From the NCBI GenBank assembly GCA_963706795.1, contig OY970170.1, forward strand, positions 390,001 to 422,000: 32,000 bases of DNA, in the 5' to 3' direction. This document shows positions 17,572 through 27,197 of this stretch, in pieces (position 1 is the stretch's first letter; each line of letters opens with the position of its first letter). Source of the DNA: Candidatus Saccharimonadota bacterium (GTDB lineage Bacteria; Patescibacteriota; Gracilibacteria; BD1-5; UBA2023). The translations under genes were made by a program, and so were the position numbers. The notes below the pieces were generated by a model that saw only the letters and a list, made by a program, of their open reading frames with translations, made no database searches and had not been told where the DNA came from.

Positions 17572-18747
17572 TTACACCGTATAACTCACACTCTTTTCTT
17601 CCCTAGATTTTTGCTGGAAGGATTTCGTACCAGCAATGAGTCCAAATGATAAAAATGAGAGAAGTGCTGAAAGCTCGTATAGGACAGGTATTCTGTAAAA
17701 TGGTCGAGTCTTAATAGTCGCCATTCAGAGAGCAATTGGCAGGAGCGCAATAGTAAGGATTGGATCAAAAAAGCCATAAAAATATGCTGCAACTGCCACC
17801 AAAATAGTGAGCACCATTCCCTGTCCGATAGCGAGCACATAGGGACTTTTGCCAGGCACAAAGAATCGAACGATATAAATAAGATTGATGAATGGCACAT
17901 AAATCAGATACGGCGAGAATGGCCCCGTAGGTCCATCAAAAAAGGCTACGAGCTGTGCTTCTGTCGCATTATCCAACTGCTCTCGCTCGATGAGTCGTGC
18001 ATGAAAATTGAGATGGTCCTTTTTGCCAACAACTGCTGACATCACATCTCTCAAATAGATCGGAATCGTACGCATAACTCTCGCAATTCATTCAAGTGAA
18101 GGAATCCAGTAAAAAAACGAGAGAAATTCTACGCTCTTCCCCAAAAACAAGAGACTTGCGACACTCACCAAGAGTACAACAAAAAAGAAGAGAATCGAGA
18201 GAATCGTACTCTCACCTCTCGAAAACACAAAGAGAAATACGAGTAAAATACTCATCAGGCCAGAGATTCGAACCCCTACTCGTGTAAGTGGAGTCTGGAG
18301 ATGTTCATAGATGAACGGGCCGATAAATGGCACAAATGAGAGAATACTTCGGATCATTTCAGATTCGTTTTGGACGTACACTCCATTGAGACTCTCAGAA
18401 GTCAGTCCAAGATCAAACGAAAATATTCCCGTCGAGTCTCTACCAGCAAAGGCTCGAGATGCCCCGATGAACAACAAGGTGAAGATGTATGCAAAAACCA
18501 TGATGATCAAGATTCGATCAATCCGGATTGGTAAAAATGGCAGTGTGATAGCCAGGAGTCTGGACAAAAATATCTGGTGCAAAAAGATATATCCTATGAA
18601 CAAGAGATGCAACTTGGTCGCCGACTTTGCGTGAGAGCGAACAAATGGCTCAGAAAAATTGGGGTTTTTTCGTGCCAGCAAGAAGAGAAAACCGAGAAAA
18701 AAGTAGCTGATTGCCGCATTTGTGCGGACTTTTTGTGAAATTTCCAT
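17572..18747 (-). CDS. polytopic membrane protein (391 aa), N-terminal DUF4870-like segment
   Basis: Track ORFs 18088..18747 and 17725..18075 share a frame. TGA 18088 and TGA 17725 are read through to TAA 17572-17574. The N-terminus NAAISYFFLGFLFLLARKN...FVRSHAKSA resembles the DUF4870-type pattern from memory. Confidence 0.65.
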
Positions 18748-19062
18748 GAAAATATGCTACCATACATCCAGCCAAGGAGCAACACCCCTGACTTGCAGAT
18801 TACAAAATATTCTTTGCAATAAGACTTGTGCTCCAAAAAATATATATTGAAATAGGCAGGCACTTAAACAAAAAACTATGCACAACACACCAAATACCTT
18901 TTTTGCATCTGTACGCGCGAGTTCACTTGCTGAGACCAAAAATGGATCACATTGGACTCAAGAGAACACGTTTTCTCAGATTAAAAATATAGTAAATATG
19001 CATGGGGTTGAATTCTCTGTGCATAGTTATTAGTCGTGCCTCCAGTCACCAGACTGCGCAGT

Positions 19063-19095
19063 AAAAAAGAGACAGGAAATTTCCTGTCTCTTTTT
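19063..19095. terminator. bidirectional intrinsic terminator
   Basis: AAAAAA-GAGACAGGAA-AT-TTCCTGTCTC-TTTTT, 15 nt downstream of the nitroreductase stop. Confidence 0.7.
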
Positions 19096-19109
19096 GCGTC
19101 TCATACTTT

Positions 19110-19757
19110 TTAGCGAACTTCGATGACTTCAGCTGCATCAAAGCGAGTCTTTTTATAATGCGCAGTCTGATCATCTGAGTGTCGGTAACCGAGAGCTACT
19201 GCAGCTACAGTTGTATATTCTGATCCTTCAAGACCAAGCATTTTATCGTAGTCAGCTGGGCTGATTCCTTCCATCATAACGGCATCGATCCCGAGGAGTC
19301 CGGCGCTGAGACCAAGAAATCCCATAGCGATATATGACTGCTTCTGAGTCCATGCGAGATGATCTCGTGGATTATTAACAACACCTCCGATCATCATATC
19401 ACGATAGCCATCAAGCACTGATGGATCCATTCCACGAATCTGTGCTGTGCTTTCGATATATTTTTGAACATATGCTTCATCTACTTTTTTAAGTGTAGTA
19501 AACACTACAAAAAGTGAAGCATCCTCAACCTGACCTTGATTCCAAGAGGCTGCACGAAGCGATGTGCGGAACTCTGGATTTTGTACTACGATAAATTTCC
19601 ATGGCTGGAGACCATACGATGATGGTGCGAGGCGAAGAGATTCGAGGAGAACATTCTGGTCCTCATCGGAGATCGTCTGAGATGCATCGAATTGTTTTGT
19701 CGCATAACGAGCATTAAGGGTTTCGAGGAGAACTTCTGGTGAAATATTTCTTTTCAT
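19110..19757 (-). CDS. NAD(P)H nitroreductase-family oxidoreductase
   Basis: Intact 215-aa ORF with RYATKQFD, LAPSSYGLQPWKFIVV and a GF..L...LGID block typical of the NfsB/FRase-like nitroreductase fold. No TGA. Confidence 0.8.
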   Translation of the reverse strand: MKRNISPEVLLETLNARYATKQFDASQTISDEDQNVLLESLRLAPSSYGLQPWKFIVVQNPEFRTSLRAASWNQGQVEDASLFVVFTTLKKVDEAYVQKYIESTAQIRGMDPSVLDGYRDMMIGGVVNNPRDHLAWTQKQSYIAMGFLGLSAGLLGIDAVMMEGISPADYDKMLGLEGSEYTTVAAVALGYRHSDDQTAHYKKTRFDAAEVIEVR

Positions 19758-19851
19758 ATATGTGTATTAAAATTTACGACTTGCATTATATAGTTAATAT
19801 ATAAAGTACAAGTACTTACAAAAAAGTAATATACATACTTAAAAGATAGTT

Positions 19852-20223
19852 ATGTTTACAACCAAAGAGTCTGATAAAAAAAAATCTGAAGTTTTTGAGA
19901 TTTGCGATCGCTCATTCTATTGTCCCGTTGTTCTGGCGCTCAGTGTACTCTGAGGCAAATGGAAGATGCCCCTCCTCTGGCATCTCATCAACGAACCCGT
20001 GATGCGCTACGGCGACATCAAACGAAGCCTCGGGAAAGTTACGGACAAAATGCTCATCCAGTCACTGCGAGAACTCGAGGCTGATGGTATTGTCATCCGT
20101 TCTGTCGAAGCAACCGTCCCACCAAAGGTCTCCTATAGCCTCACTGAACACGGCAAAGAGATTAAAGGAATTATTACTCAACTCAATGCTTTTGGTATGA
20201 AATACAAGAAGACTGAGGTATAA
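19852..20223 (+). CDS. HxlR-family winged-helix transcriptional regulator
   Basis: Track ORF 19966..20223 extends through TGA 19951-19953 to ATG 19852: CPVVLALSVL[G]GKWKMPLLWHL matches the HxlR signature (I/L)GGKWK. PPKVSYSLTEHG lies in the wing. It is divergent from the nitroreductase gene. Confidence 0.85.
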
Positions 20224-20303
20224 TTACGTCTATTGACAATGTCTGTAATTAGGTAGAATCATTCAAATCTTTCATTCCGAAGGATCAAAAGGAGGCAAAC
20301 AAA

Positions 20304-20870
20304 ATGAGTTTTCTCAACCAATGGATCAAAAGCGATCCAAAAAATGCACAGATTTTTTTGAGCATAGCACCAGCAATAGCATGCCTCATCCTGCATTTTA
20401 CAGAAGCAGGAAGGCCATATCTGTTTTTAGGTATGACCGTCTGCCTAATCCACGGAATATTTTGGGGTGAATATATTGCAAGTATCACAACCGACACCGT
20501 GATACACCCCAATCAAAAGGGCATCAAGGTAAAACAAACTGATGGCGCGAGCGTATATTATCTTCGCACCATCAGCACCGAAGCTGCCGCATCCTCACCA
20601 GTCTCCAAGTACTATTTGGTAATGAGTCTGGTCTGGGCAGGATGGATAGCCCTTTATACCTACTGGCTACCATTCAAAATGATCACTTCAATGGTGGTCG
20701 AATTGGTATCTCCGCTCATTGTATTCGCACTGCACTATCACCTGATAGGCGCATTCATAAAGTTTTACCAGAATCCTCCAACCATCAAGGCTAAAGGCAT
20801 ACCGGCAGACCATGTCGAAAAAGAAGTTTTTGTAGAAAGAAGAAGGAAATGACTTATTTTAAAGGGGTAA
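20304..20870 (+). CDS. hypothetical polytopic membrane protein (188 aa)
   Basis: The track ORF reads through TGA 20850-20852 for 5 more codons to TAA 20868-20870. A strong SD, AAGGAGG, lies at 20289-20296. Confidence 0.65.
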
Positions 20871-20874
20871 GTCG

Positions 20875-20905
20875 AAAAAGAGCATCTCACGGATGCTCTT
20901 TTTTA
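20875..20905. terminator. bidirectional intrinsic terminator
   Basis: AAAAAGAGCATC-TCACG-GATGCTCTTTTTT, between the 20304 gene and the convergent methyltransferase gene. Confidence 0.7.
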
Positions 20906-20923
20906 TGGTTTTTGAATTGCAGA

Positions 20924-21559
20924 CTATGTCTTATATCCTTGAGCTATCATAATTCAGAGGAGTTTGTTTATGAGCTTCTTCTGAAGATGCACATTTTCAA
21001 AACCTGCATTCTCGAAGAGATGTACGAGCTTTGATGAGGTCATGCTCCCAATATGTCATTTTTCTAGTAGTTTATAGGTGATATCCATACATTTTGTGAG
21101 TATGTAATCATTACAAAACTCCTCAAGCACCAGCGTACCTCCTATATCTAAAAGAGCGTACATCTGTGCAATGGCAGCTGCCTGATCATCAAAATGATGG
21201 AAGGCATTTGAAGTCACTATGGCATCGAATGTAATATCTTGCAAATCAAAGACAGTACCATGAACCACTTCAATATTTTGGTATTTGCTCGTTGATATCT
21301 TTTTCTGAGCTTCGCGTACCATTTCTTGAGAGATATCTATACCGACAATCCTGCCAGATCATTCAAGGAGTTCAGCTAGATCTAAGAGCCCAGTACCGCT
21401 TCCACATCCAACGTCCAATATGGTCATTCATTTTTTGATGCCTAACTGCTCTATTGTTAGTTGCTGGATCGGACGCTGAAAATTTCGCACAATAAGTGAT
21501 GAGTCATACTCACTTGCAAGCGAATTAAAGGTTTTTTGTGTATGAGCAGTTGGATCCAT
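20924..21559 (-). CDS. class I SAM-dependent methyltransferase (211 aa)
   Basis: Track ORFs 21428..21613 and 21056..21322 share a frame. TGA at 21428, 21359, 21056 and 20954. Motif I reads KK[G]MTILDVGCGSGTG. The likely start is MDPTAHTQ (ATG 21557-21559). TAG stop at 20924-20926. Confidence 0.8.
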
Positions 21560-21626
21560 GGGCAGTACATCGGTTATTTTCGAGCATTTTATAGTACGGA
21601 ACAAAAACTGCAAAAAACTAAGATTT

Positions 21627-21661
21627 AAAAAAACTGTTCACCTAGGGGTGAACAGTTTTTT
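21627..21661. terminator. intrinsic terminator downstream of the tRNA pair
   Basis: AAAAAAA-CTGTTCACC-TAGG-GGTGAACAG-TTTTTT. Confidence 0.7.
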
Positions 21662-21674
21662 GTTGAATTGTATA

Positions 21675-21749
21675 TGGTTGCGGAGGTTCGAATCGAACGA
21701 ACGACCTCAAGGTTATGAGCCTTGCGAGCTACCACTGCTCTACTCCGCG
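21675..21749 (-). tRNA. initiator tRNA-fMet (anticodon CAU)
   Basis: The reverse complement is CGCGGAG-TA-GAGC-AGTGGTA-GCTC-G-CAAGG-CTCATAA-CCTTG-AGGTC-GTTCG-TTCGATT-CGAAC-CTCCGCA-ACCA. The C1:A72 mismatch is the bacterial initiator hallmark, and the sequence closely resembles E. coli tRNA-fMet. Confidence 0.85.
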
Positions 21750-21801
21750 ATATATTCCGACGCGCCACATTGTAGTGGAATTTCGGGAAAATCAAATCAA
21801 A

Positions 21802-21876
21802 TGGTGCCAATGAGTGGAGTTGAACCACCGACCGCAGGGGTATGAATCCTGTGCTCTACCGCTGAGCTACATTGGC
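21802..21876 (-). tRNA. tRNA with CAU anticodon (elongator Met, or Ile2 if lysidine-modified)
   Basis: The reverse complement is GCCAATG-TA-GCTC-AGCGGTA-GAGC-A-CAGGA-TTCATAC-CCCTG-CGGTC-GGTGG-TTCAACT-CCACT-CATTGGC-ACCA. The acceptor stem pairs perfectly. Confidence 0.8.
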
Positions 21877-21923
21877 AAATACAAAGTGCCAAGAGGGTAT
21901 AGAAAACTGGAGTTTCGTCAAGT

Positions 21924-21950
21924 AAAAAACGGCCAGAAGGCCGTTTTTTA
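21924..21950. terminator. intrinsic terminator downstream of the 21968 gene
   Basis: AAAAAA-CGGCC-AGAA-GGCCG-TTTTTT. Confidence 0.7.
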
Positions 21951-21967
21951 AAGTGATACAATTGGCA

Positions 21968-22378
21968 TTAATCTCCCCATCGGTGCAGACGATGCCTTTT
22001 TCGCTCGGCGAAGTGAGTATGGATTATTTTTGCGAAGCAGCAGCTAATGATGACAACGTGCGATAATCCAATATTGAGCAATAAACCATAGTGTATCGCC
22101 GATAGTAATGTGTGTTTATAGTCTATGTAGAACCAAAAATCCAGTACAAAAATCAATACACCAAGTATGACTTTTGTTTTGATTTCCTGACTCCATTTTG
22201 TTTTGGATGTTTTTTTGTATGCAAGATTCTCAAAGAATGCTTCAACAATGAGATCCCCCGTGAGACCGCCCATAAGTGCAAAGAATGCACACACGAACAG
22301 AAAGTTTCCTACAACAGCCAGACTAAGATTTTGCATGTCGACCTCCCAATTTTGTTGTGCGACGGGGGATTTATACAT
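21968..22378 (-). CDS. hypothetical membrane protein (136 aa or shorter)
   Basis: Intact track ORF with three hydrophobic segments. Alternative start is MQNLSLAVVG. Confidence 0.55.
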   Translation of the reverse strand: MYKSPVAQQNWEVDMQNLSLAVVGNFLFVCAFFALMGGLTGDLIVEAFFENLAYKKTSKTKWSQEIKTKVILGVLIFVLDFWFYIDYKHTLLSAIHYGLLLNIGLSHVVIISCCFAKIIHTHFAERKRHRLHRWGD

Positions 22379-22426
22379 CCAAGTTTCGGGAAGTCAAACC
22401 TACGTGACTGCGTCAGGCCTTTCCAT

Positions 22427-22454
22427 TTGACTTCACCCCCCTTTTCTCTATCAT
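22427..22454 (+). promoter_or_regulatory. candidate promoter for fusA
   Basis: TTGACT (22427-22432), a 16-nt spacer, then TATCAT (22449-22454), about 50 nt upstream of ATG 22504. No SD is visible. Confidence 0.45.
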
Positions 22455-22503
22455 ACACGCGTCATTTTTACGGACTGACTTTTTTTATTCTTCTTTTTAC
22501 TGT

Positions 22504-24648
22504 ATGGCCATTTCCAAGGACCTAAAAAATATCCGAAATTTCGGTATTTGTGCCCACATCGATGCCGGAAAAACAACTACTTCGGAGCGTATTCTTTTCT
22601 ACTCTGGTAAGTCTCACAAAATCGGAGAAGTACACGATGGAGAAGCTACAATGGACTGGATGGCTCAGGAGCAGGAGCGAGGTATTACTATTACTTCAGC
22701 TGCTACTACAACTGAATGGAAGGGTATTCAGCTCAATCTCATCGACACCCCAGGGCACGTTGACTTCACAATCGAAGTTGAGCGTTCTATGCGTGTTCTC
22801 GATGGAGCAGTTGCAGTATTCGACGCATCACAGGGTGTAGAACCACAGTCTGAGACCGTTTGGAAGCAGGCTGACAAGTACAATGTTCCACGTATTGCAT
22901 TCGCAAACAAGATGGACAAGACAGGTGCATCTTTCGAGATGACTCTCCAGTCTATCAAGGACCGTCTTACTGGACCAAATAAGGTAGTAGCTATTCAGCT
23001 TCCTATTGGTGAAGAGTCTGAATTCTCTGGAATTATCGATCTCGTTGACCGCAAGGCGTACAAGTTCGAAGGAAAGATGGGAGAACAGGTAATCGAAATG
23101 CCAATTCCTGAATCTTACAACGCAAAGGTTGATGAGATGCGCGCTATTCTTATCGAAAAGGCAGCAGAACAGGATGATGCACTTATGAATAAGTTCTTCG
23201 ATGCAGGAACACTCTCAACTGAGGATATCAAGGCAGGTCTCCGCAAGGGAGTTGTCAGCAACTCAATCTACCTCCTCATGTGTGGATCATCACTCATGAA
23301 TAAGGGAGTTCAGCTCGTTCTCGACGGAGTTGTTAACTATCTTCCTTCACCAATGGACGTTAAGGAAGGAACAATCAGTGGAGTTGATGCAGATGACGAA
23401 TCAAAGGTTGTTACATTCAAGCAGGAAGCGAATGAGCCACTTTCGTCTCTCGCGTTCAAGATCATGACTGACCCATTCGTAGGTCGTATTACTTTCGTAC
23501 GTGTTTACTCAGGTACTCTCAAGTCAGGTTCTTACGTATTCAATCCAATTTCTGGACAGAAGGAGCGTATTGGTCGCCTCCTCCAGATGCACGCTAACCA
23601 GCGAACTGAAATCGACGAAATCCCAGCCGGAAATATCGGAGCCGTTATCGGACTCAAGGATACAAAGACGGGAGACACTCTCTGTGATCCAGAGAAGCCA
23701 GTGATCCTCGAACGAATGATCTTCCCTGAGCCAGTTATCTCTATCTCAGTTGAGCCAAAGACAAAGGCTGACCAGGAGCGAATGGGTATGGCCCTCAACA
23801 AGCTTGCTGAAGAAGATCCTTCATTCCGTGTTTCTTCAAACGCTGAAACAAACCAGACGATCATCCAGGGTATGGGAGAGCTTCACCTCGAAATCATCGT
23901 TGACCGAATGCGTCGTGAATTTAAGGTAGAAACCAACGTTGGTGCTCCACAGGTAGCATACCGCGAAACCATCACTCAGGCCGTTAAAGATCAGGATGGA
24001 ACACACAAGAAGCAGTCTGGAGGACGAGGACAGTTCGGACACGTTATCATGACATTCGAGCCAATCACTCCTGAAATGCGCGCAGCAGATCCAGAAGGTC
24101 TCGCTGAAGAAAACGTATTCGTGAACAAGGTTGTCGGAGGTGTGATCCCTAAGGAATACATCCCAGGTATCGAAAAGGGTCTCAAGAAGGCTTACTCACG
24201 TGGTCTTATTGCTGGATATCCAATCGTTGACGTACGAGCAACTGTTACATTCGGTAGCTACCACGACGTTGACTCGAATGAACTCTCATTCCAACTCGCA
24301 GCGATCAAGGCATTCCGTGGTGCCGCAGGAAAGGCAAAACCAGCCCTCCTCGAACCAATCATGAAGGTTGAAGTCAACACTCCTGAAGAATACATGGGAG
24401 ACGTTCTCGGAAACCTCAACTCAAAGCGTGGTCAGATCACTGAAATGACTGAGCGAGGAATGGCGAAGATCATCAAGGCCTTCGTTCCACTCTCTGAAAT
24501 GTTCGGATACTCTACAGACCTCCGATCTATGTCTCAGGGTCGAGCAACCTACGTTATGGAATTCGGACACTACAACCAGGTTCCAAACAACATCACTGAA
24601 AAAATCCGTGCAGAGCGCGGAGTGAAGTTCGAAGAAGACGAAGAGTAG
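22504..24648 (+). CDS. fusA: translation elongation factor G
   Basis: Intact 714-aa ORF with [21 protein letters not shown] and full domains II-V. No in-frame TGA. Confidence 0.95.
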   Translation: MAISKDLKNIRNFGICAHIDAGKTTTSERILFYSGKSHKIGEVHDGEATMDWMAQEQERGITITSAATTTEWKGIQLNLIDTPGHVDFTIEVERSMRVLDGAVAVFDASQGVEPQSETVWKQADKYNVPRIAFANKMDKTGASFEMTLQSIKDRLTGPNKVVAIQLPIGEESEFSGIIDLVDRKAYKFEGKMGEQVIEMPIPESYNAKVDEMRAILIEKAAEQDDALMNKFFDAGTLSTEDIKAGLRKGVVSNSIYLLMCGSSLMNKGVQLVLDGVVNYLPSPMDVKEGTISGVDADDESKVVTFKQEANEPLSSLAFKIMTDPFVGRITFVRVYSGTLKSGSYVFNPISGQKERIGRLLQMHANQRTEIDEIPAGNIGAVIGLKDTKTGDTLCDPEKPVILERMIFPEPVISISVEPKTKADQERMGMALNKLAEEDPSFRVSSNAETNQTIIQGMGELHLEIIVDRMRREFKVETNVGAPQVAYRETITQAVKDQDGTHKKQSGGRGQFGHVIMTFEPITPEMRAADPEGLAEENVFVNKVVGGVIPKEYIPGIEKGLKKAYSRGLIAGYPIVDVRATVTFGSYHDVDSNELSFQLAAIKAFRGAAGKAKPALLEPIMKVEVNTPEEYMGDVLGNLNSKRGQITEMTERGMAKIIKAFVPLSEMFGYSTDLRSMSQGRATYVMEFGHYNQVPNNITEKIRAERGVKFEEDEE

Positions 24649-24652
24649 TATT

Positions 24653-24685
24653 AAAAACTCCCCGATCACTCGGGGAGTTTTTTTA
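24653..24685. terminator. bidirectional intrinsic terminator
   Basis: AAAAA-CTCCCCGA-TCAC-TCGGGGAG-TTTTTTT. The stop of the convergent 24683 gene lies in the T-run. Confidence 0.75.
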
Positions 24686-25426
24686 TGCCAAGAAAGTAAT
24701 TCAGGTACTTGCTGATTCCTCAACATGTTCTATGAGCGTGGAATTTATTCCATCAAAGAATGTAGCTCTCTTAATTGTATCAGCCTGGAGAAGTGCGAGT
24801 ATTTGATTGCGAAATATCTGCCCCTCTCCAATTTCTCAAAGCACATTTTGCATTGCTGCATGCATTTCTCGATCCTTTAGATGTTCTGTATGAATTGTCT
24901 TATGTGGGGTATTATTCTTGTGCGACATTCCGTTGATCATACAGTAGATATTTTTTGGGCGAAATAGCTCACAGATATCTCCAATAACATCTGTATCTTT
25001 CGCAAGTATGAGCGGGGTAATTCATGCATCGAGCACGGCATCCACCTGGTTTTTAAAATTCCGAACCTGTTCTGCAATTCAACTACTCACGGACATATCT
25101 GGAAAATATGTATTTCAAAGCCGGATATGTGCATCTGAAAAAATCTTTCCCCAGTATTTAAACTGTTCGATTTCACCGACTGCCCTATTTACAAGTTCTC
25201 CGTTGCGGATTTGCTGTGATTCTTTTTTTTCCATGAGCTGTTCGTCTATGCGAGCAGCTCACTCAACTACAAATATAACTTTGTGGCGAGTATTGCCTGA
25301 TATGACTTGGATATTTTCTGCAAGTGCTTGATGTTCTCGAACATTTTCCTTTATACGAAGATTTGGACTAACAGCAGGAACATGGACAACAAGATAGTCA
25401 TGCATGTGACTGATTTTCTTAGACAT
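24683..25426 (-). CDS. hypothetical protein (247 aa); absent from the ORF track
   Basis: I checked every minus-frame triplet from ATG 25424-25426 to TAA 24683-24685. There is no TAA/TAG, and 6 TGA (25259, 25115, 25079, 25022, 24836, 24701). Begins MSKKISHMHDYLVVHVPAVSPNLRIKENV...VIFVVE[G]AARIDEQ. No family recognised. Confidence 0.65.
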
Positions 25427-25484
25427 ACACAAGGGGATGAATATTTGCTAACTATAGGCAACCACAATACCTTCGTCAAGTAAC

Positions 25485-25510
25485 AAAAAAGAGCCCGAAG
25501 GCTCTTTTTA
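25485..25510. terminator. intrinsic terminator downstream of lysS
   Basis: AAAAAA-GAGCC-CGAA-GGCTC-TTTTT. The lysS TAA (25508-25510) abuts it. Confidence 0.7.
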
Positions 25511-27073
25511 TATTTCATTCCTTGGTCGCATCAGCGGAAACAGCGTCACATCACGGAGATTATTCTGCTCAGTGAGGAAGGCTACGAGGCGATCAACACC
25601 CATTCCCCATCCTGAGATAGGTGGCATGCCGTATTCCATGGCTTTTATAAATTCGGCGTCGCCGGTCATGGCTTCTTCGTCTCATTCTGCTGCGGCTTTT
25701 TCACCGGCGACAAATCGTTCTGCTTGGTCAATGGGATCAACGAGCTCAGAATACGAATTAATGAGTTCCCATCCATTGATTACGAGCTGGAAGGCATCCG
25801 CATGCTCAGGGTTGCTGTCATTGCGACGAGCAAACGGCTTAAGCTGGATTGGATAATTGTAAAGGAAGGTTGGGTTGATGATCTTTGGACGTGACATCTT
25901 TTTGTAGAGATAGTCGATGAGTGTTGTAAGCCCCATCTTGTCCATTCCTTCGATCTCGATCCCCTGCCCAGCAATATCCGCGCGGAGCTTCTCGACATCG
26001 GTGTACGTACTCACATCAAGTCCAGTGTCCGCCTTTACGAGCTCGATGTAATCGACTTTTGCCCATGGCGTAGTGAAGTCTACATCGACGAGTTCATCAT
26101 GCTTGTTGAGGATTTTTCGCTGACGATCCAGATCGAGTGTATCAAAGATGTAATCAAACATCTTTTCTGTGAAGGCGATATTGTCGCGGAAGGTCCAATA
26201 GTTCGCATTGTGTTCGAGATGCGTGTGTTCTGGAAGATGTGATGGATCCTGGCCCTCGTTGCGGAATGCTTTGCCGAGCTCAAAAATCTTTTCCATTCCG
26301 GCGATATTCATGAGCTTGAGCGGGATTTCGTGAGAAATTCGGAGAAAAACATCCACATCGAGTGCATTTTGATGTGTTAAGTATGGCTTAGAAGCGGCAC
26401 CCGTAGCAGCATTGGTGAGGACTTGACCTTCGATTTCAGTGAAGCCTTCTGACCAATAAAATTCACGAAGCGTGCGAATAAGATCAGAGCGAAATTTAAA
26501 TCGCTTCATCGCGCTCTCATCGGTAATCAGATCGAGATACCGCTCACGATATTTGAGCTCACTGTCCGCAATTCCATGGAATTTTTCGGGCAGTGGACGA
26601 AGTGACTTCCCGAGGAAAGTAAACTCTGAGACGAATACTGTGAGCTCTCCTTTGTGTGTGCGGAATAATTCACCCTCGATACCAATAAAATCACCAAGAT
26701 CGAGGAGTTTTTCGACAAATTTAAATGCCGAAATCGGTTCACCATTTTCGATAACTGAATCATGAAGCTCTCAGTCTATTCGGATCTTGCAGTTTTCTTT
26801 GGCGAACATGATTTGGATGCGACCGGTATCATCCTGCAAATGTGCGAATGCAATCTTACCAAACGAACGAAAAAGGACGATGCGTCCCGCAGTCGAGGTA
26901 TCAAGACTTGGTGCAGCGAGGACAGTTTCTACCTCACGAAAATCCCCTGATCGTGCAAGGATGCTCGAAACAGTGTGTTTTTTCGCATATGTCTGAGGAT
27001 AGACCTGAACTCCCATCTTTCGCATGCGCTCCAATTTGGAGAGTCGCATATTCATTTCTTCATTTCCTGCCAT
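25508..27073 (-). CDS. lysS: lysine--tRNA ligase (class II)
   Basis: Track ORFs 26771..27172 and 25682..26509 plus a C-terminal piece share one frame. TGA 26771, and TGA 25682 at AAE[G]DEEAM (conserved GDDEAM). OB-fold: [26 protein letters not shown]. Motifs FRNEG and GWGMGVDRL. The start is probably [19 protein letters not shown] (ATG 27071-27073) and is uncertain by a few codons. Confidence 0.9.
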
Positions 27074-27107
27074 TTGTCGCTTTGATACGGGTAAAAAACG
27101 AGTTTTC

Positions 27108-27135
27108 ATCGTAGCAAATCGCGGGCGAAAGTCAA
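27108..27135 (-). promoter_or_regulatory. candidate promoter for lysS
   Basis: The minus strand reads TTGACT (27135-27130), a 16-nt spacer, then TACGAT (27113-27108). This argues against the longer track start at 27172. Confidence 0.4.
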
Positions 27136-27197
27136 AAGGTTTGTGCTTCTGGGAGAAAATGCTAGTATTCACGAATAAATTTACATAATTTTTCTCG

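Noticed and set aside
17586-17900. ORF 17586..17900 (minus strand, 104 aa)
   Set aside because: It is out of frame with, and fully inside, the 17572..18747 membrane gene. It is Cys/Leu/Ser-rich noise.
18765-18800. SRP (4.5S) RNA-like string CCAGCCAAGGAGCAAC
   Set aside because: It resembles the AGCAGCCAAGGCAG 3' strand of SRP domain IV only superficially. There is no GNRA-capped partner strand or helix nearby, and it lies in the promoter/5' region of the membrane gene.
21802-21876. The second tRNA as the UGA-decoding tRNA-Gly(UCA), because its anticodon loop TTCATAC contains TCA
   Set aside because: With the only stem pairing that works (CAGGA/CCCTG), the 7-nt loop puts CAT at positions 34-36. 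TCA would be out of register (positions 33-35). The UGA decoder is therefore not in this window.
22550-24726. Internal and antisense ORFs within fusA (22550..22840, 22728..22958, 23532..23864, 23836..24042, 23991..24185, 24421..24726)
   Set aside because: They are shadows of a highly conserved, strongly codon-biased gene.
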